Source: Polyangiaceae bacterium (lineage in GTDB: Bacteria; Myxococcota_A; Polyangia; Polyangiales; Polyangiaceae). Taken from it: a stretch of 26,193 bases of DNA. Position 1 is the stretch's first letter, and every line of letters starts with the position of its first letter. Where the stretch lies: NCBI GenBank assembly GCA_035545855.1, contig DASZXK010000167.1, forward strand, positions 1-26,193, in the 5' to 3' direction. The notes under the pieces were generated by a model that was given only the letters and a program-made list of their open reading frames with translations, was not told the DNA's origin and did no database searches. Position numbers and translations under genes: made by a program. Of this stretch, positions 1-8,140 are shown one piece after another.

Positions 1-49
1 TCTCGTCTCCGCCGCGAACCGCGCCGTTCGCGAAGGCCGGGCAGACTCG

Positions 50-247
50 GTGAGCGGCTGGGTGAGCGGCGCGCTCGCCGAGCGCGCCGAGCGGGAACGG
101 CGTCTCGCGGCGATGGCCGACGCCGTCCGGGCCTACGAGGCGGAGTTCGGCGTCATTTCCGAGGCAGAGATCGCGGCGCAGGAGCTCGCGGACCGTCGGG
201 GAGCCCGGCGTCCGGCGCGTTCCGCGCTCCGAAGGAAGAGTGGATGA
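50..247 (+). CDS. Putative antitoxin, partner of the downstream PIN toxin. GTG start. The reading frame is open to the window edge, so the gene may be 5'-truncated here.
   Basis: A 65-aa ORF whose TGA stop overlaps the ATG of the PIN gene (ATGA at 244-247). This small-upstream-gene arrangement is typical of type II toxin-antitoxin modules. No recognisable DNA-binding motif is visible in the portion present. Confidence 0.4.
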   Translation: MSGWVSGALAERAERERRLAAMADAVRAYEAEFGVISEAEIAAQELADRRGARRPARSALRRKSG

Positions 248-624
248 CCCTCGTTCTGGACGCGGGCGCGTTCATCGCGCTCGAGCGCAACGACCGAGCG
301 ATGTGGCGGCGTTTCAAGGGTGCGCTCCTCGCCGGAGAGGTGCCCGTGTCGCACGGGGGCGTCGTCGGGCAGGTGTGGCGTGCGGGTGGGCCGCGTCAGA
401 CCGTGCTCGCGCGCGTGCTCGCGTCCGTCGACGTTCGTTCGCTGGACGAGGCGGCGGGACGAGCCGCGGGGCAGCTCCTCGCCCGTTCGGGTCGGAAAGA
501 CGTCGTCGACGCCGCGGTCGTCGGCCTCGCTGGCGACGGGGATCGGATCCTGACGTCGGACCCGGGTGACCTCGAGCCCCTCCTCCGCGGCGCGGGCGTA
601 GAAGCGGTCGTCGTCCGCGTCTGA
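244..624 (+). CDS. vapC: PIN-domain ribonuclease toxin, VapC-like
   Basis: N-terminal LVLDAGAFIALE matches the PIN start pattern (hhLDTnVhI) with its acidic residue. The C-terminal RILTSDPGDL resembles the PIN terminal hhTxDxDF segment. Size is 126 aa. An AGGAAG Shine-Dalgarno sits 5-10 nt upstream, and there is a 4-nt overlap with the upstream small ORF. Confidence 0.7.
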   Translation: MTLVLDAGAFIALERNDRAMWRRFKGALLAGEVPVSHGGVVGQVWRAGGPRQTVLARVLASVDVRSLDEAAGRAAGQLLARSGRKDVVDAAVVGLAGDGDRILTSDPGDLEPLLRGAGVEAVVVRV

Positions 625-626
625 AG

Positions 627-1715
627 TCACCCGCGCTTCTTCTTCATCGCTTCCGACAGCGCCTTCGCGACGTCCTCGGCGCTCGGCGCCTCCGTCTTTC
701 CGGTCTCGGCGAGCTGCGTGAGGACCTGGACGTAGCTCTCGCCGAGGGTCGTCGTGACCGTCGCGGCCGTCGCGGCGGCGATGGCGCCGCCCGCGGCGCT
801 TCCGAGGCCGGGGACGAGCTTCAGGAGCCCACCGACGATCGCGCGCCCGGTGAGCGTCGCGCCGAGAGTGCCGGTCACCGAGGAGAGGAGCGTCGCGAAG
901 AAGGCGTCGTTCAGCTCGAGCCCGAAGGCGGCGCTCGTGCCGGCGAGCATGCTGATCTGGATGGGGACGAGGAGCGCCGCGTCCGCGAACGGAATCGGTG
1001 CGGCGCCGACGAGCGCGGCGGACGCCGCGGCGCCTGCGACGATGGCCCGCGCCCGCTTCTGCTTCAGCGCGAGGCTCACCTGCTGGGCGGCGACGAAGGC
1101 CGTCTTCTGGCCCTCGGGGATGAGCGTCATCGTGATGTCGACGAGCTCCGGGAGACCCTTCGGCGGAAGCTCCACGCCCTCGTCCAGCACCTCGTGGATC
1201 GCGCGGACGGACACCACGTTCTTCGCGCGCGGGAGGAGCCGTTGCACCTCCGCCCGGAAGCCCTGATCGGCGCGCGCCTTGGTGATGACGACCACGACGG
1301 GGACGTCGTTGTCTTCGAGGAGATCCACCAGGGCCGTCTCGCCGGGGCCGACGCGGCGCGAATCCTCGCTGATGCAGACCCAGCCGCAGTGAACGTGGCG
1401 GTTCGGATCGCGCTCCTTCTGGCGCGCCGAGACGAGCGTGCGCAGTTGAGAGAGCGTCTCGGAATATTTTTCCAGCTCGAGTCCGCGCGTGTCGATCAGC
1501 GAGATCGGCATGCCCGGCTTCTCGTATTCGCGGATCTCTTGCGTGACCGGCCGGCCGTGGCCCGTCTCCGCCAGCCGACCCTGGAAGACCGCGTTGATGA
1601 GAGTGCTCTTCCCGACGCCGCTCCGCCCCGCGATGAGCACCGTGGCGTGGCCGCGGTCGCGCATCGCTTCCTCCACCTTCTGTTTGATGAGGGGACCGAG
1701 CGCGATTTCCGACAT
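627..1715 (-). CDS. P-loop GTPase with a C-terminal DUF697 (YcjF-like) Gly/Ala-rich membrane-associated domain
   Basis: G1 motif GRSGVGKST and G3 motif LIDTRGLE are present. A TKARAD element is G4-like. The C-terminal region is Gly/Ala/Thr-rich and hydrophobic (GLLKLVPGLGSAAGGAIAAATAATV), typical of DUF697. ATG at 1715. An alternative in-frame ATG at 1664 would put the P-loop 12 aa from the N-terminus. Confidence 0.8.
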   Translation of the reverse strand: MSEIALGPLIKQKVEEAMRDRGHATVLIAGRSGVGKSTLINAVFQGRLAETGHGRPVTQEIREYEKPGMPISLIDTRGLELEKYSETLSQLRTLVSARQKERDPNRHVHCGWVCISEDSRRVGPGETALVDLLEDNDVPVVVVITKARADQGFRAEVQRLLPRAKNVVSVRAIHEVLDEGVELPPKGLPELVDITMTLIPEGQKTAFVAAQQVSLALKQKRARAIVAGAAASAALVGAAPIPFADAALLVPIQISMLAGTSAAFGLELNDAFFATLLSSVTGTLGATLTGRAIVGGLLKLVPGLGSAAGGAIAAATAATVTTTLGESYVQVLTQLAETGKTEAPSAEDVAKALSEAMKKKRG

Positions 1716-1733
1716 GCGAGAAGTAGTGTACGC

Positions 1734-3341
1734 ATGTCGGACCGAGGCAAGGTGTACGACTTCGTCATCGTGGGTGCGGGTTCGGCGGGCGCCACGCTCG
1801 CCGCGAGGCTCAGTGAAGATCCGAGGACGCGGGTGCTCCTGCTCGAAGCGGGCGGGGAGGGCGGGGACGTGCGCATCCGCGCGCCCGGGCTCTATTCGCT
1901 CCTCTGGCGCACGAAGTACGACTGGGAGCTCTACACGGAGCCCCAGGAGCACGTGGACGGCCGCCGGATGTTCTGGCCGCGCGGCAAGGTCCTCGGCGGG
2001 ACGAGCGCCCTGAACGCGATGGTGTACATCCGCGGGCATCGCTCGAACTACGACGAGTGGCGGGACCTCGGGAACCCCGGCTGGGGGTACGAGGACGTCC
2101 TTCCGTACTTCAAGCGCTCCGAGGACTATCGCGGGACACCGTCGCCTTTCCACGGAACGAACGGGCCGCTCGTCGTGTCACGCGCGCCCTCGCTGCCGAA
2201 GACGTCCGCGGCGTTCATCGACGCGCTGGCGAACCTCCGCGGGCTGCCGAAGACGGACGATTTCAACGGCGCCGAGCAGGAGGGCGTGGGCGCGTTCCAC
2301 CACACGATTTCCGGGAGCGAGCGCTGCTGCACGCGCGTCGCGTTCCTCGCGCCGGCGAGGAAGCGGCCGAATCTCACCGTCCAGTCTGGTTGTCATGTCC
2401 TCGGGGTCGTCTTCGACGGCACGCGAGCGCGCGGCGTCCGGTTCGAGCACGCGGGCAAGGTCTCCGTCGCGATCGCGGAACGAGAGGTGGTCCTCGCGGC
2501 GGGCGCGATCGGGTCGCCGCACCTCCTCCTGCTCTCCGGCGTCGGGCCGGGGGACGCGCTCCGGCACCACGGCATCCCCGTCGTCGCGGACGTTTCCGGC
2601 GTCGGCGAGAACCTCCAGGACCACCTGCTCACGGCCGTGCAGTACGAGACCCTGAAGAACGGCTCGGAGCGGCTCAGCGTCCCCGCGCTCGGGGTCTGGC
2701 TCGCGCGGTGGCTCCTCAATCGGTCCGGGCCCCTCGCGGCGTCACCGGTGGACGCCGGCGCGTTCCTGAAGCTCTCGGCGAGCTCGCCGCGGCCCGACCT
2801 CCAGTTCCACTTCGCGTCCTTCGGCGTGGATTCGCCGAACACCGACGTGAAGCGGGACGTGCCCGTCGGCCGGTATTTCGGCCTCTTCCCGAGCCTCATC
2901 TACCCGAAGAGCCGCGGGCACATCCGGCTCCGCTCGAACGATCCGATGCAGCCGCCGCTCATCGATCCGAGATACTTCTCCGAGCCCGCGGATCTGGAGA
3001 CGCTGGTCCAGGGCGTCCACCTCGCGCGGGACGTCGCGCGGACGGACCCGCTCGCGCAATACCGGGGGCCCGAGTTCTTCCCCGGGCCAGGCGTGACGAC
3101 GGACGACCAGATCCGCGCGAGCATCCGCGTTCGCGCGAACACGATCTTCCACCCCGTCGGCACCTGCAAGATGGGCGTAGACGAGAAGGCCGTGGTGGAT
3201 GCGGAGCTCCGCGTCCGTGGCGTCTCGGGGCTTCGCGTCGTGGACGCGTCCATCATGCCGACCATCGTCGGCGGGAACACGAACGCGCCGACCATCATGA
3301 TCGCGGAGAAGGCGGCGGACCTGATCCGCGCCACGCCCTGA
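1734..3341 (+). CDS. GMC-family FAD oxidoreductase (choline dehydrogenase-like)
   Basis: N-terminal FAD fold DFVIVGAGSAGATLAARLSE. The C-terminal GMC active-site region IFHPVGTCKMG is present. About 535 aa. The long ORF 1194..3341 has been trimmed to the first ATG before the GxGxxG motif. Confidence 0.9.
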   Translation: MSDRGKVYDFVIVGAGSAGATLAARLSEDPRTRVLLLEAGGEGGDVRIRAPGLYSLLWRTKYDWELYTEPQEHVDGRRMFWPRGKVLGGTSALNAMVYIRGHRSNYDEWRDLGNPGWGYEDVLPYFKRSEDYRGTPSPFHGTNGPLVVSRAPSLPKTSAAFIDALANLRGLPKTDDFNGAEQEGVGAFHHTISGSERCCTRVAFLAPARKRPNLTVQSGCHVLGVVFDGTRARGVRFEHAGKVSVAIAEREVVLAAGAIGSPHLLLLSGVGPGDALRHHGIPVVADVSGVGENLQDHLLTAVQYETLKNGSERLSVPALGVWLARWLLNRSGPLAASPVDAGAFLKLSASSPRPDLQFHFASFGVDSPNTDVKRDVPVGRYFGLFPSLIYPKSRGHIRLRSNDPMQPPLIDPRYFSEPADLETLVQGVHLARDVARTDPLAQYRGPEFFPGPGVTTDDQIRASIRVRANTIFHPVGTCKMGVDEKAVVDAELRVRGVSGLRVVDASIMPTIVGGNTNAPTIMIAEKAADLIRATP

Positions 3342-3347
3342 GCGGCG

Positions 3348-3680
3348 TCAGGCGGAGGTCGTCGGCCCGCTCTTCGGGCGGAACGCGCGTCGAATCACGA
3401 ACAGGACGAGCGCGAGGCCGAGCGCGCCGACGAGCGCGGAGCCGAGCTGCATCTTCACGAACTCGCCGAGCGCCATCCGGACGCTGCCCGCACAGGAGAA
3501 CGCATCCTTGCTCGGCGGCTCGTACCACCAGCTGATGACCGTGGGTCCCGCGAAGCTCCAGCCGGAAAATCCGAGCAAGGCCCCGACCGAGAGCTCGAGC
3601 GCGAGCCGCTTTCCCGGCGAGATCCCGGCGCGAGGGGCCGATGCAGAGGCCCCGGCGGATTCGGAAAGGTCGGTCGGCAT
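3348..3680 (-). CDS. Small hypothetical membrane protein (two predicted TM helices)
   Basis: 110-aa ORF with hydrophobic segments LALELSVGALLGFSGWSFAGPTVISWWY and LGSALVGALGLALVLFVIRRAF. Third-codon positions checked by hand at the 3' end are almost all G/C, as expected for real coding in this genome. No recognisable family. Confidence 0.45.
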   Translation of the reverse strand: MPTDLSESAGASASAPRAGISPGKRLALELSVGALLGFSGWSFAGPTVISWWYEPPSKDAFSCAGSVRMALGEFVKMQLGSALVGALGLALVLFVIRRAFRPKSGPTTSA

Positions 3681-3817
3681 GTGGGTGGAGGTACTTTTGG
3701 CGTTCGTTTCTTCGAGGAAGTCCGAAAATCACGAGGCGCCGCGCAGGCGCGGCGCTTCCCGGAGGGCAGTCTACGCCGCCTTTCGATCGGGGGTCATCAC
3801 TGTTAGATTGGGAGGTC

Positions 3818-4942
3818 GTGTCCCCCGATAGAGTCGCTCTGCCGCTCGAGGTCGTATCGGCCGGAGAAACGGATCGCGGTATCCGCCGGAGTTCCAACGA
3901 GGATTCGCTGCTGGTCCGTTCGGACCTCGGCCTGTACGTCGTCGCGGACGGCGCGGGCGGCCACAGCGCCGGCAACGTCGCGAGCGCCATCGCGACGAGC
4001 GCCGTCGCGAAATGGTTCGACGGCTCGGAGGCCGAGTACCGGGACAAGCCTGAGATGGACGCCTTCGGGCTCTGGACGGCGGCGCGGCGGCTCTCCATCG
4101 CCGTCCAGAACGCGAACACCGCCGTCATCGACATCGCGCGAACGTCGAACCGCTACCGGGGCATGGGCACGACGATCGTCTGCGCGCTCCTCTCCCCCGA
4201 GACGGGTCGTCTCCACATCGCCCACGTCGGGGACAGCCGCTGCTACCGCCTCAGGGACGGCACGCTCGAGCTCCTGACCCACGATCACTCCATCCTGAAC
4301 GACGTGATGGAGCTCTACGCCGATCTCGACGACCAGGCCCTCGGCCGTCTGCCCCGGAAGGTCATCACGCGGGCGCTCGGGCTGGACGAACGCGTCCGCG
4401 TCGCGCTCCGGACCTACCGGGCTCTGGTCGGCGACCGGTACCTGCTCTGCTCGGACGGACTCACCGGCGAGCTCGGCGAGTCCGTCCTGGAGACGCTCGT
4501 CGGCGTGAGCGCGCCGATCCCGGACGTCGTGCGCGATCTGGTGCGTGCCGCGAAGGAAGCGGGGGGCCGGGACAACATCACGGCGCTCGTCGTGGACTGC
4601 AAGCAAGGGACGGCCTCCTCCACCAGGCAGAGCCCGCCCCGGTTCACCACGACGGCGCGATTCGGCGGGTCTCAGCCCGAGATCATCGCGAGCGAGCTCT
4701 CCGGGTCCGCGGCGGAGATCGTGTTCTTCAATCCGCCCGGCAAGGACGACAAGGCCGAGCCGCACATCAGCGTCGTCCCCGTGAACAGCGTGGACGCGCA
4801 GACGATCCGGGCGCTCGACAAGGTGGCCGGGGCCCTCCAGAACGAGGAGCGGAAGTGCGTTCGGTGCTCCGCGCTCATGAGCGGCGCCCTGGCGTGCCCC
4901 CGCTGCGGGTACACGGAGTCGGAGCCGCTGTCGCGTTCCTGA
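3818..4942 (+). CDS. PP2C-family Ser/Thr protein phosphatase with a C-terminal extension ending in a Cys4 zinc ribbon
   Basis: PP2C motifs are present: RRSSNEDS, VVADGAGGHSAGNVAS, GMGTTIV, AHVGDSRCY, LLCSDGL and GGRDNITALVV. The C-terminus has CVRCSALMSGALACPRCGY (CxxC-N9-CxxC). GTG start at 3818 is preceded by GGAGG. The ORF track start at 3641 is rejected as too far upstream of the conserved N-terminus. Confidence 0.88.
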   Translation: MSPDRVALPLEVVSAGETDRGIRRSSNEDSLLVRSDLGLYVVADGAGGHSAGNVASAIATSAVAKWFDGSEAEYRDKPEMDAFGLWTAARRLSIAVQNANTAVIDIARTSNRYRGMGTTIVCALLSPETGRLHIAHVGDSRCYRLRDGTLELLTHDHSILNDVMELYADLDDQALGRLPRKVITRALGLDERVRVALRTYRALVGDRYLLCSDGLTGELGESVLETLVGVSAPIPDVVRDLVRAAKEAGGRDNITALVVDCKQGTASSTRQSPPRFTTTARFGGSQPEIIASELSGSAAEIVFFNPPGKDDKAEPHISVVPVNSVDAQTIRALDKVAGALQNEERKCVRCSALMSGALACPRCGYTESEPLSRS

Positions 4943-5036
4943 GTCGATCCGGGGCGAGGCGACCGGGCACGTCGCGGCCGTTCCGCGCGCCTCCGGCTTG
5001 CGTTCGGCGCGATCCCCTGGGAAAACACCCGTCCCC

Positions 5037-5924
5037 ATGGCCACGACGTTCACCGGCACGTACACGGCGCTCGTGACGCCGTTCGTCGCGGACGGCTCCG
5101 CCGTCGACTGGGGCGCGTTCGATCGCCTCGTGGAAGCGCAGATAGAGGGCGGCGTGAGCGGTCTCGTGCCGTGCGGGAGCACCGGGGAGACTCCGACCCT
5201 GAGGCAGGAGGAGCAGCGCGAGGTCGTCCGCCGCACGGTCGCCGTCGCACGCGGCCGGGTCCCCGTGATTGCCGGCACCGGAACGTACGACACGACGACG
5301 ACGATCGAGGAATCCCGCGCCGCGCTCGAGGCGGGAGCGACGGCCGTGATGATCGTCATGCCGTACTACAACCGCCCGAACCAGGAGGGGCTCTTCAGGC
5401 ACGTGGAGCGCGTCGCGAAGGCCGTGCGCGGTCCGGTGGTCCTCTACAACATCCCGGTTCGCACGGGGGTGAACCTGGAGGTGGAGACGCTCCTCCGCAT
5501 CCTGGACGCTTGCGAGAACGTCGTCGGGCTGAAAGACGCTTCCGGCAACGTGCTCTATTGCCAGGCGCTCGCCGCCGCGGGAAGCCGCTGCACGGTGCTC
5601 TCCGGTGACGACGCGCTGACGGTTCCGATGATGAGCGTTGGCGCGATGGGCGTCATCTCGGTCACGTCCAACCTGTACCCGGGGGAGACGAGCGCCGTGA
5701 CCGGCGCGATGCTCTCGGGAAAGCTCCGGGAAGCGCGAGCGATGCACCTCCGGCTCCTCCCGGTCCACAGCGTGCTCTTCCTCGAGCCGAACCCCGCGCC
5801 GATCAAGGCGGCGCTGTACGCGAAGGGCCGGATGACCGCCGCGGTCCGTTTGCCGCTGGTTCCGCCGAGCGAGGGGACGCTCCGGCGGATTCTCTCCACC
5901 ATCGACGCCTTCGAGGGCAAATGA
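5037..5924 (+). CDS. dapA: 4-hydroxy-tetrahydrodipicolinate synthase
   Basis: N-terminal MATTFTGTYTALVTPF matches the DapA start (FxGsxxAxVTPf). The GSTGE and LYNIPxRTG motifs are present. The ORF is trimmed from the TTG at 4998 to the ATG at 5037. Confidence 0.95.
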   Translation: MATTFTGTYTALVTPFVADGSAVDWGAFDRLVEAQIEGGVSGLVPCGSTGETPTLRQEEQREVVRRTVAVARGRVPVIAGTGTYDTTTTIEESRAALEAGATAVMIVMPYYNRPNQEGLFRHVERVAKAVRGPVVLYNIPVRTGVNLEVETLLRILDACENVVGLKDASGNVLYCQALAAAGSRCTVLSGDDALTVPMMSVGAMGVISVTSNLYPGETSAVTGAMLSGKLREARAMHLRLLPVHSVLFLEPNPAPIKAALYAKGRMTAAVRLPLVPPSEGTLRRILSTIDAFEGK

Positions 5925-6703
5925 AGATCGCATTGCACGGCGCCACGGGGCGCATGGGACTCGCCATTGCTCGTCTCGCGCACGCGGCAGGGGACACCAT
6001 CGTCGGCGCCGCCGCGGCCCCGAACGACCCCGGGCAGGGCAAGGACCTCGGCGAGCTCGCCGGCCTCGGGAGCATCGGCGTCGCGGTGACGGCCGACACG
6101 GCCTCCGCGCTCCTCGGCGCCGACGTCGTCATCGATTTCTCGAACGCCTCCGCCGTCCGCACCCTGCTCGCGCTCGCGAAGCGGGCCAAGGTGCCCGTCG
6201 TGGTCGGCACGACGAACATCGACGACGCGACGCGGGCCGCTCTGGAGGACACGGCGGCGGTCGTTCCGGTCCTGTTCGCGCCGAACATGAGCCTCGGCGT
6301 CCAGGTCCTGGCGGAGCTGGTCGAGACGGCCGCCAGGAGACTCGCGGACTTCGACGCCGAGATCGTGGAGATCCATCACCGGAAGAAGGTGGATTCGCCG
6401 AGCGGCACCGCGAAACGGCTCGCGGAGGCCGTCCGCGCGGCGCGTCCGAATTCCCGTGAGATCCATACTCGCGCGGGCGACGTCGGGGCCCGGACGGACG
6501 ACGAAATCGCCGTGTTCGGCGTCCGCGGCGGTGACGTCGTCGGCGACCACACGGTGTACCTCTTCGGCGCCGGAGAGCGCATCGAGCTCACCCATCGCGC
6601 GTCGAACCGGGACCTCTTCGCCCACGGCGCGCTCCGCGCAGCGCGCTACGTCGTCGGCAAGAAGCCCGGTCGCTACACGATCAAAGACGTGCTCGCCGAG
6701 TGA
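5921..6703 (+). CDS. dapB: 4-hydroxy-tetrahydrodipicolinate reductase
   Basis: MKIALHGATGRMG is the N-terminal Rossmann motif of DapB. The conserved EIVEIHHRKKVDSPSGTA segment is present. ATGA overlap with dapA indicates an operon. Confidence 0.95.
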   Translation: MKIALHGATGRMGLAIARLAHAAGDTIVGAAAAPNDPGQGKDLGELAGLGSIGVAVTADTASALLGADVVIDFSNASAVRTLLALAKRAKVPVVVGTTNIDDATRAALEDTAAVVPVLFAPNMSLGVQVLAELVETAARRLADFDAEIVEIHHRKKVDSPSGTAKRLAEAVRAARPNSREIHTRAGDVGARTDDEIAVFGVRGGDVVGDHTVYLFGAGERIELTHRASNRDLFAHGALRAARYVVGKKPGRYTIKDVLAE

Positions 6704-6770
6704 CCGGACCCCACCCCTCCCGCGGTCTCGACTCGCCGTCACGGCGCGGCAGCGGCGAGGACGCAGGTGG

Positions 6771-6990
6771 GGGGACGTCGCCGATCGGATAGTTTGTATA
6801 CAAACTGTCCGGCGCGGAGAGAGTCCGGCGCGGAGAGAGTCCGGGGGGAGCAGCGAGGGGGCGTCGCGATCGGATGGTTTGTATACAAACTGTCCGGCGC
6901 GGAGAGAGTCCGCGGGAGCAGAGAGTTGGGGCGTCGCGTTCGGATGGCTTGCGTGCAAGCTGTCCGGGGCGGAGAGAGCGAGGGAGCACA
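6771..6990. repeat. Three tandem direct repeats (units about 86, 71 and 65 bp) in the dapB/lgt convergent intergenic region. Two copies carry the perfect 16-bp palindrome AGTTTGTATACAAACT. The third is degenerate (GCTTGCGTGCAAGC).
   Basis: Direct reading gives unit 1 at 6771-6856 (with an internal 16-bp duplication of GGCGCGGAGAGAGTCC), unit 2 at 6857-6927 and unit 3 at 6928-~6990. The shared core is GGGG(A/G)CGTCGC(C)GATCGGAT(A/G)GTTTGTATACAAACTGTCCGGCGCGGAGAGAGTCCG. Palindromes sit at 6790-6805 and 6878-6893. Confidence 0.85.
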
Positions 6991-7040
6991 CGAGCTCGGA
7001 GCGCGGGCCGGATGCCGAGCCCGGGCTCGCCGATCTCCGC

Positions 7041-8006
7041 TCAGTGGCCGAACTCTTCGTCGACGTCTTTGTCGCGCTTCGGGGCGTCCGCGGAGCCCTC
7101 GGTGGACTCTTCCGCGCTCGCCTTCTCTTCCGTCTCGGCTTCGGTTGCGGCGGCTTCGTCGTCTGCGTCCGTGTACCAGTGCGCGGGCACCTTCTTCTTC
7201 AGGCTCACGTAGAGGCCGATGTAGCCCGCTGCCGCGGGGATGATGGAATAGATCTGGCCCTCCGTGAGGGGGAGCCCGACGGCCCAGGCCTGATATTCCT
7301 TCACGTATTCGACGAGGAAACGCCCGGTGAAGTAGATGGCGAAGAAGAGCGAGATCATCGCTCCTCGCGGCCGCTTCTCCTCGCCGAGTTTCTTGTCGAA
7401 CAGGTAGAGGGAGAGGAGCACGAGGAGCCCGAGCGCCACTTCGTAGAGCTGGCTCGGGTGCCGGTAGACGATCTGCCCGCGGTCTTCGGGGTTTCGCGGG
7501 AAATAGACGCCCCAGGTCTGATCCGTCTTCCGGCCGACGATCTCCGAGTTGAACCAGTTGCCGATGCGGATCAGCGTGGACCCGAGCCCCGCCGAATACG
7601 AGAAGCGGTCGCACCCCTCGATGAAGGACTGCCGTTTGTGGCGCGTGAACAGCCACATCGCGGCGAGCAGCCCGACGGTGCCGCCATGGCTCGCGAGGCC
7701 GCCTTTGTGGATCATGAAGATGAACCACGGGTCCTCCAGGAAGTGCTTCCACTCGTAGAGGAAGACGTGGCCCACGCGCGAGCCGACGAGCGTGCCGATG
7801 ACTCCGTAGACGACGAAGTCGCTGCCGTCCTCCTCGGAGCCTCCCGCGCGCCGGATCTGCCAGTCGAGGAGCTTGTAGCCCCCGAGGAAGACCCCCACGT
7901 AGAGGAGGCTGTAGTAGCGGATCCCGTCACCCGGGAGCGGCAGCCACTTCGGGTAGTAGAGGAGGATGGGGTCGATGTCCCAGGTGAACTTGGGAAGCCA
8001 GTGCAT
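7041..8006 (-). CDS. lgt: Prolipoprotein diacylglyceryl transferase
   Basis: The Lgt signature GGLASHGG (G-x-x-H-G-G) is present, with multiple TM segments. The C-terminus is an acidic tail (DADDEAAATEAETEEKASAEESTEGSAD). Confidence 0.9.
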   Translation of the reverse strand: MHWLPKFTWDIDPILLYYPKWLPLPGDGIRYYSLLYVGVFLGGYKLLDWQIRRAGGSEEDGSDFVVYGVIGTLVGSRVGHVFLYEWKHFLEDPWFIFMIHKGGLASHGGTVGLLAAMWLFTRHKRQSFIEGCDRFSYSAGLGSTLIRIGNWFNSEIVGRKTDQTWGVYFPRNPEDRGQIVYRHPSQLYEVALGLLVLLSLYLFDKKLGEEKRPRGAMISLFFAIYFTGRFLVEYVKEYQAWAVGLPLTEGQIYSIIPAAAGYIGLYVSLKKKVPAHWYTDADDEAAATEAETEEKASAEESTEGSADAPKRDKDVDEEFGH

Positions 8007-8140
8007 CCGAGCTCCAGAGCCCCGGGGAAATGCCCCACGGCGGCCGAGGTTCTAGACCGATTCGGATGCCAGGTCGACGGGGAAGGACACCCGGCGGAAA
8101 CGCGCGTTCGTCGCCGGGGCGTCCGTGCGCTTTTCGGTGA

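Noticed and set aside
3508-3831. 107-aa plus-strand ORF between the GMC gene and PP2C
   Set aside because: It overlaps the better-supported minus-strand membrane-protein ORF. There is no hydrophobic or motif content. It is probably leader or promoter sequence for PP2C.
2057-5933. ORFs 2057..3535 (+), 3295..4134 (-), 3803..5359 (-) and 4875..5933 (-)
   Set aside because: Alternative frames of the GMC oxidoreductase, PP2C and dapA genes. No motifs and biased composition.
6771-6990. Possible CRISPR array
   Set aside because: There are only three units and unit lengths are irregular. The inter-palindrome segments are themselves repeated (GGCGCGGAGAGAGTCCG), so they are not unique spacers. The units contain an internal perfect palindrome, unlike typical CRISPR repeats. 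No cas genes nearby.
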